This document shows, piece after piece, positions 38,696 through 48,241 of a stretch of DNA of 64,000 nt. The translations under genes were made by a program, and so were the position numbers. Within the stretch, counting starts at the first letter, position 1, and each line of letters starts with the position of its first letter. The notes under the pieces were generated by a model. The model was not told where the DNA came from. It worked only from the letters and a program-made list of their open reading frames with translations, and did no database searches. Source of the DNA: a virus; the IMG/VR virus record IMGVR_UViG_3300029106_000003, positions 1,317 through 65,316 of that record. One strand, given 5' to 3'.

Positions 38696-39457
38696 ATGAA
38701 CGAGGAAATAACAAAGCTATTACTTCAATGCGACACGTTGAAAGCCCGTTTGTTGGGGCTGCGCCCATTACCACCGGATGCCCTGCAAAAGATAGAGAAT
38801 GCGTTTGCCATTGAATACACCTATGAAAGCAACCGGATCGAGGGAAATACGCTCACACTGCAAGAAACGGAGTTAGTAGTGAACGAGGGGGTTACTATCG
38901 CCGGAAAGTCAATGCGGGAACACCTTGAAGCGATTAACCACGTTGAAGCGATAGACTACATAAAGGACTTTGCAAAGGGAGGTATGGAAATATCGGAGCG
39001 CACAATCAAGGAAATACACGCTATTGTGCTACATGGCATAGACAGAGAGAATGCCGGACGTTATCGGGGCGTGCCTGTTATGATTTCGGGAAGTACACAT
39101 GTCCCTCCACAGCCGTATTTGATACAACCACAAATGGAGGCTTTTATGACAAGGTTTTCCGGAATGGAGGAGCAGGGCATTCACCCGGTGCTCATTGCGG
39201 CTTATCTTCATGATGAGTTGGTACGAATACACCCGTTTATAGACGGGAACGGGCGCACATCTCGGCTTCTGATGAATCTATACTTACTCCGCAACGGTTA
39301 TACGCTGGTAAATCTCAAAGGCAGCAACGAGGACAAAATAAGCTATTACAAGGCACTGGAAGCCTCTCATACGGAGAACAATCCGGCAGAGTTCCAAAAG
39401 GTCGTTATACGGGCTGAAATAGAATCTTTAAGCCGGTATCTCTCAATTGTAGGATAG
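38696..39457 (+). CDS. Fic/DOC family protein (class II, auto-inhibited)
   Basis: HPFIDGNGRTSR catalytic motif; N-terminal SNRIEG inhibitory (S/T)xxxE(G/N) motif. Confidence 0.8.
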   Translation: MNEEITKLLLQCDTLKARLLGLRPLPPDALQKIENAFAIEYTYESNRIEGNTLTLQETELVVNEGVTIAGKSMREHLEAINHVEAIDYIKDFAKGGMEISERTIKEIHAIVLHGIDRENAGRYRGVPVMISGSTHVPPQPYLIQPQMEAFMTRFSGMEEQGIHPVLIAAYLHDELVRIHPFIDGNGRTSRLLMNLYLLRNGYTLVNLKGSNEDKISYYKALEASHTENNPAEFQKVVIRAEIESLSRYLSIVG

Positions 39458-39616
39458 TATTGTCTGGATTTTAAAGATTATGAATGAAGCAATGATTTCA
39501 TTTGTAACTCGTTTAAGTTTATTTATTACCTGACACGACCTAAATTTAAAGTATAAGGAGACAAAAAAAAGGAGGGCGTTTTGCGTCCTCCTCGTTATGG
39601 ATCCTGCTTTATATAC

Positions 39617-39949
39617 TTACCACAAAGCAACCTTTCCGCCTATTCCCAAATCAAGGGTGGCCGTTGTAATTCCCAAAGCCTTAAAAACTTTGCTCATAGT
39701 AGGAAGTGTTATTATACACTTACCGCTTTCAAGTTTGGATATTTGCGACTTCTTTACACCTACTTTAGCCCCTAACTCTTCCTGTGTGAGGTTCTGTTTG
39801 AGCCTTTCTGCCTTGATAGCCTCTCCAATGTAATAAGCCTGCAAATCATCTTTGAGTTGAGCTTCCATAGCGTCCCTTTCGGGAGTGCCTTTTTCTCCCC
39901 AAACCTCATCTACTACCACGCTAAGTGGAGTTAAGTTCATCTTTGCCAT
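39617..39949 (-). CDS. higA: HigA-like HTH antitoxin
   Basis: LTQEELGAKVGVKKSQISKLESGK XRE HTH; immediately downstream of HigB-like gene. Confidence 0.6.
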   Translation of the reverse strand: MAKMNLTPLSVVVDEVWGEKGTPERDAMEAQLKDDLQAYYIGEAIKAERLKQNLTQEELGAKVGVKKSQISKLESGKCIITLPTMSKVFKALGITTATLDLGIGGKVALW

Positions 39950-39951
39950 AG

Positions 39952-40320
39952 CTATTTGTTTTTATCGTTGAAGTATTCTATTCTCAATTTCTCCGCCTTT
40001 TCTATCTCCTTTTTAGGCGTTTTCTGTGTCTTTTTCACTATCCCGTGAGTGGCTACTACCAAAGCCTCTATTTCCGTGTCCCAAAAAGCAAACAGGCGAT
40101 AACATACCCCGTTAAAGAGCGTCCGAAACTCCCATATATCGGAGTTCTCCAACTTCTTGAAGAGTTCCTTATCTATTTCCCCTCCCTCCACTTTAAGGAG
40201 ATTATAGGTTATTTTCTTTTGCGCCTTTTCTGGTAAGGAAGAAACAAACTCCCTTGCTGCGTCCATAAATGCTATTTTTATTCTTCGTCCGCTCATAAGG
40301 TTCAAATTATTACTCTGCAA
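39952..40320 (-). CDS. higB: HigB/Gp49-like RelE-family toxin
   Basis: IWEFRTLFNGVCYRLFAFWDTE...VVATHGIVKKTQKTPKKEIEKAEKLRIEYF matches Gp49/HigB family. Confidence 0.65.
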   Translation of the reverse strand: MQSNNLNLMSGRRIKIAFMDAAREFVSSLPEKAQKKITYNLLKVEGGEIDKELFKKLENSDIWEFRTLFNGVCYRLFAFWDTEIEALVVATHGIVKKTQKTPKKEIEKAEKLRIEYFNDKNK

Positions 40321-40486
40321 AGATATACAAAAGTTTCCATAAAAGCAAACTTTTGCGAGGATTTATTAGCTTGATAATTGGCTGACCCCTCCTACTTGTA
40401 AGCTCGGAGGGGAGATGTTCAGGAAATTGGGATCCGATATATTATAAACATCGGTATCTTTATATTAATGCTTAAAATATTACGTT

Positions 40487-40786
40487 TCATATCGCCTTAA
40501 AATCCAATCGGCCTAAATTGTCATTTATAGACTTAATGATACTTTCCTGTATCAAGGTTCCGCATTGGGTTGTTAGTTGTATAAAGTGATCTGTATCATT
40601 ATCTGATACAATTCCGTACTTGTTCTTCCAGTTGCAAAAAGAGTTCTCTATATCTCGCAATCCTGCCAACATGATTAATAACTCCCTTGTCTGTCCACTG
40701 ATGACTGCGTTACGCATGGTATCGACGCTACGATGTTCGATTACTTCTACTGTCTGCTCATCTTGTTTTAATTCGGTTGTTTCCAT
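40487..40786 (-). CDS. hypothetical protein
   Basis: 99-aa ORF. Confidence 0.35.
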   Translation of the reverse strand: METTELKQDEQTVEVIEHRSVDTMRNAVISGQTRELLIMLAGLRDIENSFCNWKNKYGIVSDNDTDHFIQLTTQCGTLIQESIIKSINDNLGRLDFKAI

Positions 40787-40992
40787 ATAAAAAAAGTTTA
40801 TTGTTTAACGATGTTAGGAATAGCGGGAATCCTCCCGGACACGTCCGCTACCGGTGGGATAGCTTACTTTCACAAGCGGCTGCCCCGTCTATAATTTAAC
40901 AAACATATAAAAGCACCCTATTAGGGTAGGGTAACCCGGAGCGGATAAACCGCCCCTTTGGATTTATAATAACTTTATGGTTATAGCTGATA

Positions 40993-41817
40993 TTATGCCG
41001 AGAGTTTGGTATTGAACAATTCAATGACAAACTTTCTACCTGATTCGGTCCAATACATGTGCTCTCTTGATTTCTGTACTCCGTTATCCATATAAGGGTA
41101 GGGGACATGTTTGGTAAATCCTTTACTGCGGTATTTGGCCGTGAGGAAGTAAACAGAAGATTGTCTGTATTGAACTCCCCATTCACATAGTAGTTTGTTC
41201 AGCTTTATAGCCGATACACCTAAGAATGCTGCTATCATGTTTGTCGTCACAAGTCCTTCACTCGACATGATTTCATCGTAACATTTACCTTTGGGGGCGA
41301 GGACCTTTATAGTATCGTCCTTTATGGATATTTCCTCGTCTTTTCTCTCGATGATAATTTGTTTCTGGGCATTTTCAGTTTCGAGCTGTTTTAATCGTTC
41401 TTCTCTTTTGGCAAGAGTGGCTTGTGCAATGGTTAGTGCACGTGCCATGATTTCTTCTGGTGTGTCTTCTTGCTTGGTGGAGATGTAGCCGCCTGTCTTT
41501 CGGATTGACGGAAGGACTTCACTTGTTATCCATTTGCGAAATGATTTTGCTTCTTGCTTCCTACTATCAAGAATAACATCATACATTCCGTCTTCATTAA
41601 CGAATAACATTTGTTGTATGCCTCCTGTTGTTTCAAGGGGGTAAGTTGAAATTACCTCCTTACTAAGTCTCTGATTTACGCCTTTTGATGATAATCCAAG
41701 ACATCTGCATAAATCACCTAAGCAAAATTTAGGATCATCGCTTGTACCGGCAGTACGGATTTCACCGAATTTAGGTGAATTAAAAATTTGAATGTTAGAT
41801 TGCATATCTGTAAGCAT
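40993..41817 (-). CDS. Bro-N / KilA-C antirepressor
   Basis: N-terminal FGEIRTAG...PKFCLGDLCRCLGL (Bro-N); C-terminal antirepressor KilAC-like region. Confidence 0.65.
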   Translation of the reverse strand: MLTDMQSNIQIFNSPKFGEIRTAGTSDDPKFCLGDLCRCLGLSSKGVNQRLSKEVISTYPLETTGGIQQMLFVNEDGMYDVILDSRKQEAKSFRKWITSEVLPSIRKTGGYISTKQEDTPEEIMARALTIAQATLAKREERLKQLETENAQKQIIIERKDEEISIKDDTIKVLAPKGKCYDEIMSSEGLVTTNMIAAFLGVSAIKLNKLLCEWGVQYRQSSVYFLTAKYRSKGFTKHVPYPYMDNGVQKSREHMYWTESGRKFVIELFNTKLSA

Positions 41818-42063
41818 TTAAAGATATGTTATAGGCAAACATAAAAAGCGGCTGCCATATACGCTGCTTACAGATAATGGGTTCCACTCCACAGAGCGAA
41901 ATATCTACGTATAGGCAACCGCCAATATATAAAAGTATAGGCATAAAAAAAGCCCAACTTTCTATTGAGCAAATTAACCGCTTGCCCTGCGAAATGGTTT
42001 ACCATTATCATGTAAGCATTACAAAAGTATTGAATTTTACGAGGTAATGCTAATTATTGGGCA

Positions 42064-42110
42064 CAAAATTAGAGCATGGAATCTTGAAAGTATATGAATT
42101 TCATACATAA
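42064..42110 (-). promoter_or_regulatory. palindrome-type promoter (degenerate copy)
   Basis: GAAAGTATATGAATTTCATACATAA with TAATTTTG box 14 nt downstream on minus strand. Confidence 0.35.
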
Positions 42111-42253
42111 TTCAACATTATTAACCTTTGAGGGCTATTATACGATTTCCTAAATCAGTGAATCGTAAGGCAGTATTAAAAGATACGAAAAGTAAGCACA
42201 TATGTAAATATTGGTAAGTATCTTGGTATCTATTGAAATTCATTTTATCTGAA

Positions 42254-43168
42254 TCATAATAGAGCTAATGCTTGTGTTACAATCGGTGTTAGTTGATTTG
42301 CTGCTATTCCCGTAGCAATACCTTGTATAGCGTTCAATGCCAATTTTAAGGTTTTCTTACCCCAAGATGGTTTATTACACTCTTCTTTTATCGTATCAAT
42401 TGCCATTTTTAGGTCTGAATTATCTATATCACTTGCTTTTTCTACAAGCTGAGAGATTACACTTTGTAGTTTTTCTTTTTGATCTTGGTCTGATATATAT
42501 AATGTAAGATCACTGTCTGAAATATTTCCTGTATTGACATTACCATCTCCTGTATTAGCTACTACTGAATTAATATAATAATTATTCATAATATTACTTA
42601 TCACTTTTTGTTCTTCAATTTTCGAAAAATCAATACCTGCATCAATTTTTTCGTCTAAATCTAGAAAAAATGATAACAGCTTTGACTTAAATTTATCAAC
42701 AATACACACCAATGAAGACACTGAGAACTCCTGCCATACTTTTTCTACATTCCCAGAAACATATTTGTTTACTTCGGTATATGCCATTGATGGAGAATTA
42801 ATAGATACATTGCCAGTTTTTTGGCTACTGCCTATATTTTCTATTTCGTTTAGTGAATGAACAATGCACACATGACTCATGCAATCATTTATGATAGCAT
42901 TATCAAAAATACCTTGAGGAATTATGATGTTTTGATACATTCCCACAAATGGTTGTGAAACATTGGCCTTTACAATAGCATTGAGAATTCTATAATCTGG
43001 AAGGTTTTCTGCATCTGGATATCCATTTTGTTCGTTTCTTATCCACATTTCAAAGTCATTATTACCCAATTTGGATGCGACTATCTGAGCTTTCAATAAT
43101 ATACCTTTAATCGGCTTATCATCGCCTAAGTCTTGAATGATTTTGTTTATTATCTCTTTCATAAGCAT
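42254..43168 (-). CDS. AbiTii-like abortive-infection family protein (candidate)
   Basis: N-terminal ILLKAQIVASKLGNNDFEMWIRNEQNGYPD resembles AbiTii N-domain; AT-rich island. Confidence 0.45.
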   Translation of the reverse strand: MLMKEIINKIIQDLGDDKPIKGILLKAQIVASKLGNNDFEMWIRNEQNGYPDAENLPDYRILNAIVKANVSQPFVGMYQNIIIPQGIFDNAIINDCMSHVCIVHSLNEIENIGSSQKTGNVSINSPSMAYTEVNKYVSGNVEKVWQEFSVSSLVCIVDKFKSKLLSFFLDLDEKIDAGIDFSKIEEQKVISNIMNNYYINSVVANTGDGNVNTGNISDSDLTLYISDQDQKEKLQSVISQLVEKASDIDNSDLKMAIDTIKEECNKPSWGKKTLKLALNAIQGIATGIAANQLTPIVTQALALL

Positions 43169-44232
43169 TATTTCATTCGAAAAATATTCATAGGAATAAC
43201 CTTCGGTTTACAGACAAACCAATTAATAAAATCAGCCTTATTAATGCGCATCACACTCATTAAATCCTCATCGGTATATCCTAATTCGTTTCGATACAAA
43301 TTTAGTGTTTCTTCCCACATCGTAGGATGTTCTACAGGAAGAGGTATTGGTTCAATTCTACTATATCCTTTTTTGGAAAAGTATATTTGCAAATTACGAT
43401 ACTGCTGATATGTAATAGCGTCCAAGTCCCTAGCCCTTCTAACTAAAGCATGCATAGATACTCGCCATTTTCTTTTGAGTATACCTAATATTTGTACATT
43501 CAAATTTTGCAACATTGGAAAAATTTCCTCCTCTGGCATTAAAAATTCTGAAGCAAATTCATCCGCTTGACGTTCTGCATCATCAGAAGAACAAGGCGGA
43601 TTTTCTAAATGCATCACCAAATGTCCTAACTCATGAGCCATTGAGAAGCGAATTCTGTCATTAGGCATTTGATTGTTAATAAACATTACTTTCTTATCGG
43701 AATCTGTTATTGTTGTTAATCCATCTATTTTATCGGTTCCAAAATCAAAACGAATAATAATAACACCGTTATTTTCAAGCAATGTTGATAAATTGGGAAC
43801 TGCACCATTGAAAACTTTTAGTTTATATCGTATATTACGAGCAATTTCTTTAGCTGACAAATTTTCATTTGGGATATAATTACCTAAAGTGTATTCTGGC
43901 AATTCAACAGCAGACATTAATTCATCAATGATCGCTTTAAAAATCTTTACTTTGGCAACAAAAGAATCTATTATTTTATTTGTAACAGTAAGTTTCTTTC
44001 TATAATAGAGATGCCCTAGTGGAGAAATCCCTTCACTACGCATAAAAAATGTTTCGGGAAAATCGTAGTATTTACACAATTTTTCCATTATATCTCTTGG
44101 TAGCTCTTGAAGTCCGTGCTCGGCTTTCGATAAAGACGATTGAGATATTCCTACAGCCTCAGCAACTTCTTTTTGCGTTTTTTGCCTTAACAATCGAACT
44201 GTTTCAAGTAATGAGAAATTTATATTATTCAT
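43168..44232 (-). CDS. XRE HTH fused to ImmA/IrrE (M78) metallopeptidase
   Basis: HTH QKEVAEAVGISQSSLSKAEHG; HEXXH MAHELGHLVMH. Confidence 0.75.
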   Translation of the reverse strand: MNNINFSLLETVRLLRQKTQKEVAEAVGISQSSLSKAEHGLQELPRDIMEKLCKYYDFPETFFMRSEGISPLGHLYYRKKLTVTNKIIDSFVAKVKIFKAIIDELMSAVELPEYTLGNYIPNENLSAKEIARNIRYKLKVFNGAVPNLSTLLENNGVIIIRFDFGTDKIDGLTTITDSDKKVMFINNQMPNDRIRFSMAHELGHLVMHLENPPCSSDDAERQADEFASEFLMPEEEIFPMLQNLNVQILGILKRKWRVSMHALVRRARDLDAITYQQYRNLQIYFSKKGYSRIEPIPLPVEHPTMWEETLNLYRNELGYTDEDLMSVMRINKADFINWFVCKPKVIPMNIFRMK

Positions 44233-44834
44233 ACAGCCTCTTTATTGTGGTTCGTTTTCTTAAATCTGGGTTTCTGTGCAACAATTTCTTTGTTTTCACT
44301 TTCTATTTCTACAACATCTACTATTTGTTGTGTCGGAATAGAATATTTCCATAAAGTGGTTTGTCCTTTAATATATTGCAGACTTAGCGTATTTATATTT
44401 TCCCTAAATGTATCTAATGTATATACTATGGAAATGACATGGCATCCTAATTCTTGATTTCGAATTTTATCCTCCTGCTTAGTCCTATTTCGAGTGCTAT
44501 CTGCCAATTTTATGATAAAAACATAACCTTGATATTCAAAAAATAATCGTTCATTTCCAGATATATTTGAAGTAAAAACAAAATGTTCTGAGGTCATCTG
44601 AGCAGAAAGTTCATTTTTTATTGCATTATATATATCTTCATGAAGACAATGAGATATTACGCTCATCGAGTTGAGCCCTTCGCGAAATTTTTCCTGTGTT
44701 TTACTTAAACCTGTTGTAACTCCAATTCTTAAACATTCTTCAAATTTATCGGTCAATACGGATGCTTTAAATTTATCCGAATTGAATTCATGTTCAGCAG
44801 GAAACACTGAGCATTGTATAATTTCTTTTGTCAT
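44229..44834 (-). CDS. hypothetical protein co-transcribed with HTH-ImmA
   Basis: 201 aa, ATGA overlap with downstream gene. Confidence 0.4.
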   Translation of the reverse strand: MTKEIIQCSVFPAEHEFNSDKFKASVLTDKFEECLRIGVTTGLSKTQEKFREGLNSMSVISHCLHEDIYNAIKNELSAQMTSEHFVFTSNISGNERLFFEYQGYVFIIKLADSTRNRTKQEDKIRNQELGCHVISIVYTLDTFRENINTLSLQYIKGQTTLWKYSIPTQQIVDVVEIESENKEIVAQKPRFKKTNHNKEAV

Positions 44835-45232
44835 AAATTCATTTTTTACTATTCATGACAACAAATATATAAAAAATATTCCATTTTCCGACAACATTCT
44901 ATATTAAAATATTCTATCGATGAAAAAACATCTTGTTTTATAGACATATATGACACATCTATAGTAAAAAGGCTATGTAGATTGTGAGTGTACACCGATG
45001 TTTATGAAAACGCATGGTTGGAAATAGTCTAATTACTAAGAGAAATTCAGTTTTAAAAGAAATCCCCATATCTTCACAAATAATGAAGTGCCCCCAAAAA
45101 GTTGTAACAGAAAAGGTGAAAAGAAAGCGATGAAAAATTAATCTCACCGCTTTTTATATGCCTCAAAATAGACGTGTGTAAACAAATGCCAAATTAGAGT
45201 TGTACAAACATCAATTCTTTAAATCAAAGGAA

Positions 45233-45562
45233 TTATCCGTATTTTATCGAGCAAGCCACAAACAAGGCCATAGCGCCGAATATGGCACTTGCTACTGCGA
45301 TGATGGTAGTTATAATCCATTTCCAGTCTATGGGATTGCGCAAGTTAGGATTGGTGGCAAGATAAATTTTTCCATATTTCGTTATGCGGACATCTTCAAG
45401 TTCATGCCCCTCGTTCCATAGACCTTTGACAAGACCTAATCTTTCCAGCGAGTCTACGCACGAAATGAATATATGGTGCGGATAAGTGTTTGGGCAGACA
45501 ATCCCGCTGCTGATTAAACGCAACACTTGCTTCTCCTGTTTTGATAGCTTGATTTGCTTCAT
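45233..45562 (-). CDS. small membrane protein
   Basis: C-terminal TM WKWIITTIIAVASAIFGAMALFVA. Confidence 0.4.
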   Translation of the reverse strand: MKQIKLSKQEKQVLRLISSGIVCPNTYPHHIFISCVDSLERLGLVKGLWNEGHELEDVRITKYGKIYLATNPNLRNPIDWKWIITTIIAVASAIFGAMALFVACSIKYG

Positions 45563-45572
45563 GACCGTTTCT

Positions 45573-46010
45573 CTACAATGACAGCAAAAACTTATACGCT
45601 TTAAGATACTTGTTCAATCTCGGTAAGTCTTCCTCTATTATTTGAGGTAAACGGGTTACGTCCAAATTGTCCTCCAAGTCGTGCAGCTTTACTTGTCTTC
45701 CAATAGGATTCAATCTACACCGTTTTATGAAATCGTCATAGATCTCATCATCGTTACGAGTGACAGAAAGTATAGCATCCACAATATTATGAGGAAAGCC
45801 TTCCATTAGTAAATATTCAGCAGTAACTTCGGTATCTTCTATCGTGTCATGCAATAAAGCTACTATGCGCTCCTCATCTGTTTTGCATCGGTTTGCCACA
45901 CGGATAGGGTGGAAGATGTAGGCTGCTCCAGCTTTATCGGTTTGTCCGCTATGGGCTTTGACGGCGATTTGAAGGGCTTTTTCTAATAGTGAATTTTTAG
46001 TACATGTCAT
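45573..46010 (-). CDS. HD-domain small alarmone hydrolase (SpoT/Mesh1-like)
   Basis: AHSGQTDKAGAAYIFHPIRVA...VALLHDTIEDT = RelA/SpoT hydrolase HD signature in a 145-aa standalone protein. Confidence 0.7.
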   Translation of the reverse strand: MTCTKNSLLEKALQIAVKAHSGQTDKAGAAYIFHPIRVANRCKTDEERIVALLHDTIEDTEVTAEYLLMEGFPHNIVDAILSVTRNDDEIYDDFIKRCRLNPIGRQVKLHDLEDNLDVTRLPQIIEEDLPRLNKYLKAYKFLLSL

Positions 46011-46227
46011 ATTCTGATTTGGGTATTTCTATACCTCCTAATATTATCTCGCAAACGGTTTCATTTGACTGTGATATTTCCTTTTCATTGCGTCTTCCTT
46101 TGTGCTTAATGAAAGCATTTGTCTTTCCATTTTCAAGAACAAGACGTATTGCAGATTCTTCAAAATCGTCTAAAATATAGACTTCTTCACCCGCTTGTAA
46201 TTTTTTTTGTAGGATATTTGGGTTCAT
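45997..46227 (-). CDS. hypothetical small protein
   Basis: 76-aa ORF between MuF and HD genes. Confidence 0.35.
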   Translation of the reverse strand: MNPNILQKKLQAGEEVYILDDFEESAIRLVLENGKTNAFIKHKGRRNEKEISQSNETVCEIILGGIEIPKSEYDMY

Positions 46228-46251
46228 ATTTATATGTAAAGATAATTATTT

Positions 46252-47871
46252 TTATCGGAAATGACTATAATATTCAATAGATTTTTCTACTATTTTTAGT
46301 GCTTCATTACTTGATTTATCGAGTATGCGCCATTGCTCATAATATTTATGTCCGAGACCACCTTCCATTCCTGTCTCATTATGTATTTCTTCCCAACGTT
46401 TTTTCCCAAGAATACGTTTCGCATCTTCCGGCCTTTCTTTTGCAAAAATCATACGTTCCGTATTAACTTGTATTTCCGCAGTAAGACCATTTGTGGTTCT
46501 TATGTTTACGATGTTTCCACTATATACCATGAATGATTCTGGTTTTTGCCTTTTAAGGCGTAAGAAGCCTTCCGTTTTGTACAGTTCTTCTAACACATCT
46601 TCTATTCGGGACTTCGGAACGATTATGGTTGTTCTTACAGCACCTTTAATATCGTATGGAGTTATACCTTCTGTGATGACTTTTCTTGTGATAGAAGTTG
46701 TACTCTTGAAATTAATAGGCGTAACATAACCACCATTTTTTATTGCGATCCGTTCTGCTATGGACTGTACTTCATCTCCCACTGATGATGCTCGTTTTAC
46801 AATTTCCGAAATGGAACTTTCAACTGTTATTTTCTGATAAACGGATTTATTATCACGCAAAAAGTATGGTAAAGTATTACGTTTTTTTGCTGTGCTGATG
46901 CGCTCTTGATTATCTAATACCCACTTTTTGAAAGCGTCCGGTACGTCTTTAACTTCGTTCACGCTTGCTGTCGTGGCTTCATTCCGACCGTCCCATTCCC
47001 AAAATTCTTCTTCGGTTTTTAGAATGGGTATCTTGTAACACCGGCAAAGGGGATGCCAACCGGTCCATTGGAAGTCTTTCGGGTACTTCCCAGCTAGTAT
47101 ATCGCAAATGTCTTGGAAAGGCTTTCCGTTACAAGTATGATTGTTGCTCAACTTGATTTCATATCCCACCACGAAGTCCATCTGCTGCCAGCGTAGATTT
47201 TCCGCTTGGCGGTATGCCATATTGATTTCGGAAGCAGCCAAACGGATAGAACGATACTCGCAATCCATTGCCCGTGATGCTTTTCCGAACCTTTCCTTGT
47301 AATCTTTTTGTAGTTGCGGGAAATCGAGCAGATATTTGGAGATTTGCTTACTTAATGTAATTGCACTCGTACCTTTTTGAATGGCACATGATATAGCTTC
47401 TTCAAGTTCTTGCTTATACAGAGTCGATTGATTCCACAACTTATCTGATATGGTAAATCCTTTATCCTTACGTTGCTGAAACGCTTTCAATGCATCATTA
47501 TTGGGCTGGTATAGGATTTCGTATTTCTCCTTTCCTATGGTTGCGCCATAAGTTTGCAATACTTTGTTGGCAAGAAGATCTTGAACTTCGTTGCTGTTTT
47601 TCCATTCTTCAGAAGTTCCACTATATATTACAGATCCGATGTCCTCAACGAACCGTTCTTGTAAGTCTCTTATCCGTTTCCTTGTTTGGGGATAATCCGA
47701 CCACATAAACGTCCTATCACTATCAATGGTAAAATCGGTAATTCCGACTATTTTAGCCGCCTCTAAATTCAAATCCTCGTATATGGATTCCACAAGCATG
47801 ACGTACTTGGCGAGCCGTTTATTCAGCTCGCCGTACTTGCGTTTCTGATTTGGAGTTTTTGGCTTTGCCAT
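46252..47871 (-). CDS. MuF/SPP1 gp7-like head morphogenesis protein with C-terminal RelA/SpoT-like nucleotidyltransferase (toxSAS-like) domain
   Basis: Phage_Mu_F motif NHTCNGKPFQDICDILAGKYP...WHPLCRCY; C-terminal YDIKGAVRTTIIVP and GLTAEIQVNTERMIFAKE resemble D-x-x-G-x-R and E-I-Q-I-R-T synthetase motifs. Confidence 0.6.
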   Translation of the reverse strand: MAKPKTPNQKRKYGELNKRLAKYVMLVESIYEDLNLEAAKIVGITDFTIDSDRTFMWSDYPQTRKRIRDLQERFVEDIGSVIYSGTSEEWKNSNEVQDLLANKVLQTYGATIGKEKYEILYQPNNDALKAFQQRKDKGFTISDKLWNQSTLYKQELEEAISCAIQKGTSAITLSKQISKYLLDFPQLQKDYKERFGKASRAMDCEYRSIRLAASEINMAYRQAENLRWQQMDFVVGYEIKLSNNHTCNGKPFQDICDILAGKYPKDFQWTGWHPLCRCYKIPILKTEEEFWEWDGRNEATTASVNEVKDVPDAFKKWVLDNQERISTAKKRNTLPYFLRDNKSVYQKITVESSISEIVKRASSVGDEVQSIAERIAIKNGGYVTPINFKSTTSITRKVITEGITPYDIKGAVRTTIIVPKSRIEDVLEELYKTEGFLRLKRQKPESFMVYSGNIVNIRTTNGLTAEIQVNTERMIFAKERPEDAKRILGKKRWEEIHNETGMEGGLGHKYYEQWRILDKSSNEALKIVEKSIEYYSHFR

Positions 47872-47877
47872 TGCGTA

Positions 47878-48240
47878 TTATTTATTTTCAACCCTGTCAG
47901 GTGCTGGCATTTCCAATAAACGAATAGCTTTAATTGTTTCTTTACCCTCTAGTATTGCTTTACATAAGCGGTGGTATCCATCGGCGATTTGTCCTACATC
48001 ATCAAGAATAATAGGATATTCAAGAGAACATTGATTCACTCGTTTGCACTGAAATATAAAACTATGAAGTTGATTACACTCAAACGGCTCTGCTGTCAAG
48101 TCAATATTCCATAAGGGCATATCAAGTATAGGGTATTCTTTTACTTTTGCAAAGTCATAGAGTGTTTGAGCTTTCCAGATCTTGTCTCCACGATGATATT
48201 CACTTTCGCTAAAAGTTATGTTATCTATAGGAACCTGCAT
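47878..48240 (-). CDS. hypothetical protein, weak ParB-like motif
   Basis: ILDDVGQIADGYHRLCKAI. Confidence 0.3.
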   Translation of the reverse strand: MQVPIDNITFSESEYHRGDKIWKAQTLYDFAKVKEYPILDMPLWNIDLTAEPFECNQLHSFIFQCKRVNQCSLEYPIILDDVGQIADGYHRLCKAILEGKETIKAIRLLEMPAPDRVENK

Positions 48241-48241
48241 A

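Noticed and set aside
26719-40885. Shared 11-mer CTTTCACAAGC at 26720-26730 and 40875-40885
   Set aside because: Only two copies, with different flanks. One is explained as the loop of the post-TerL terminator. Insufficient evidence for a motif.
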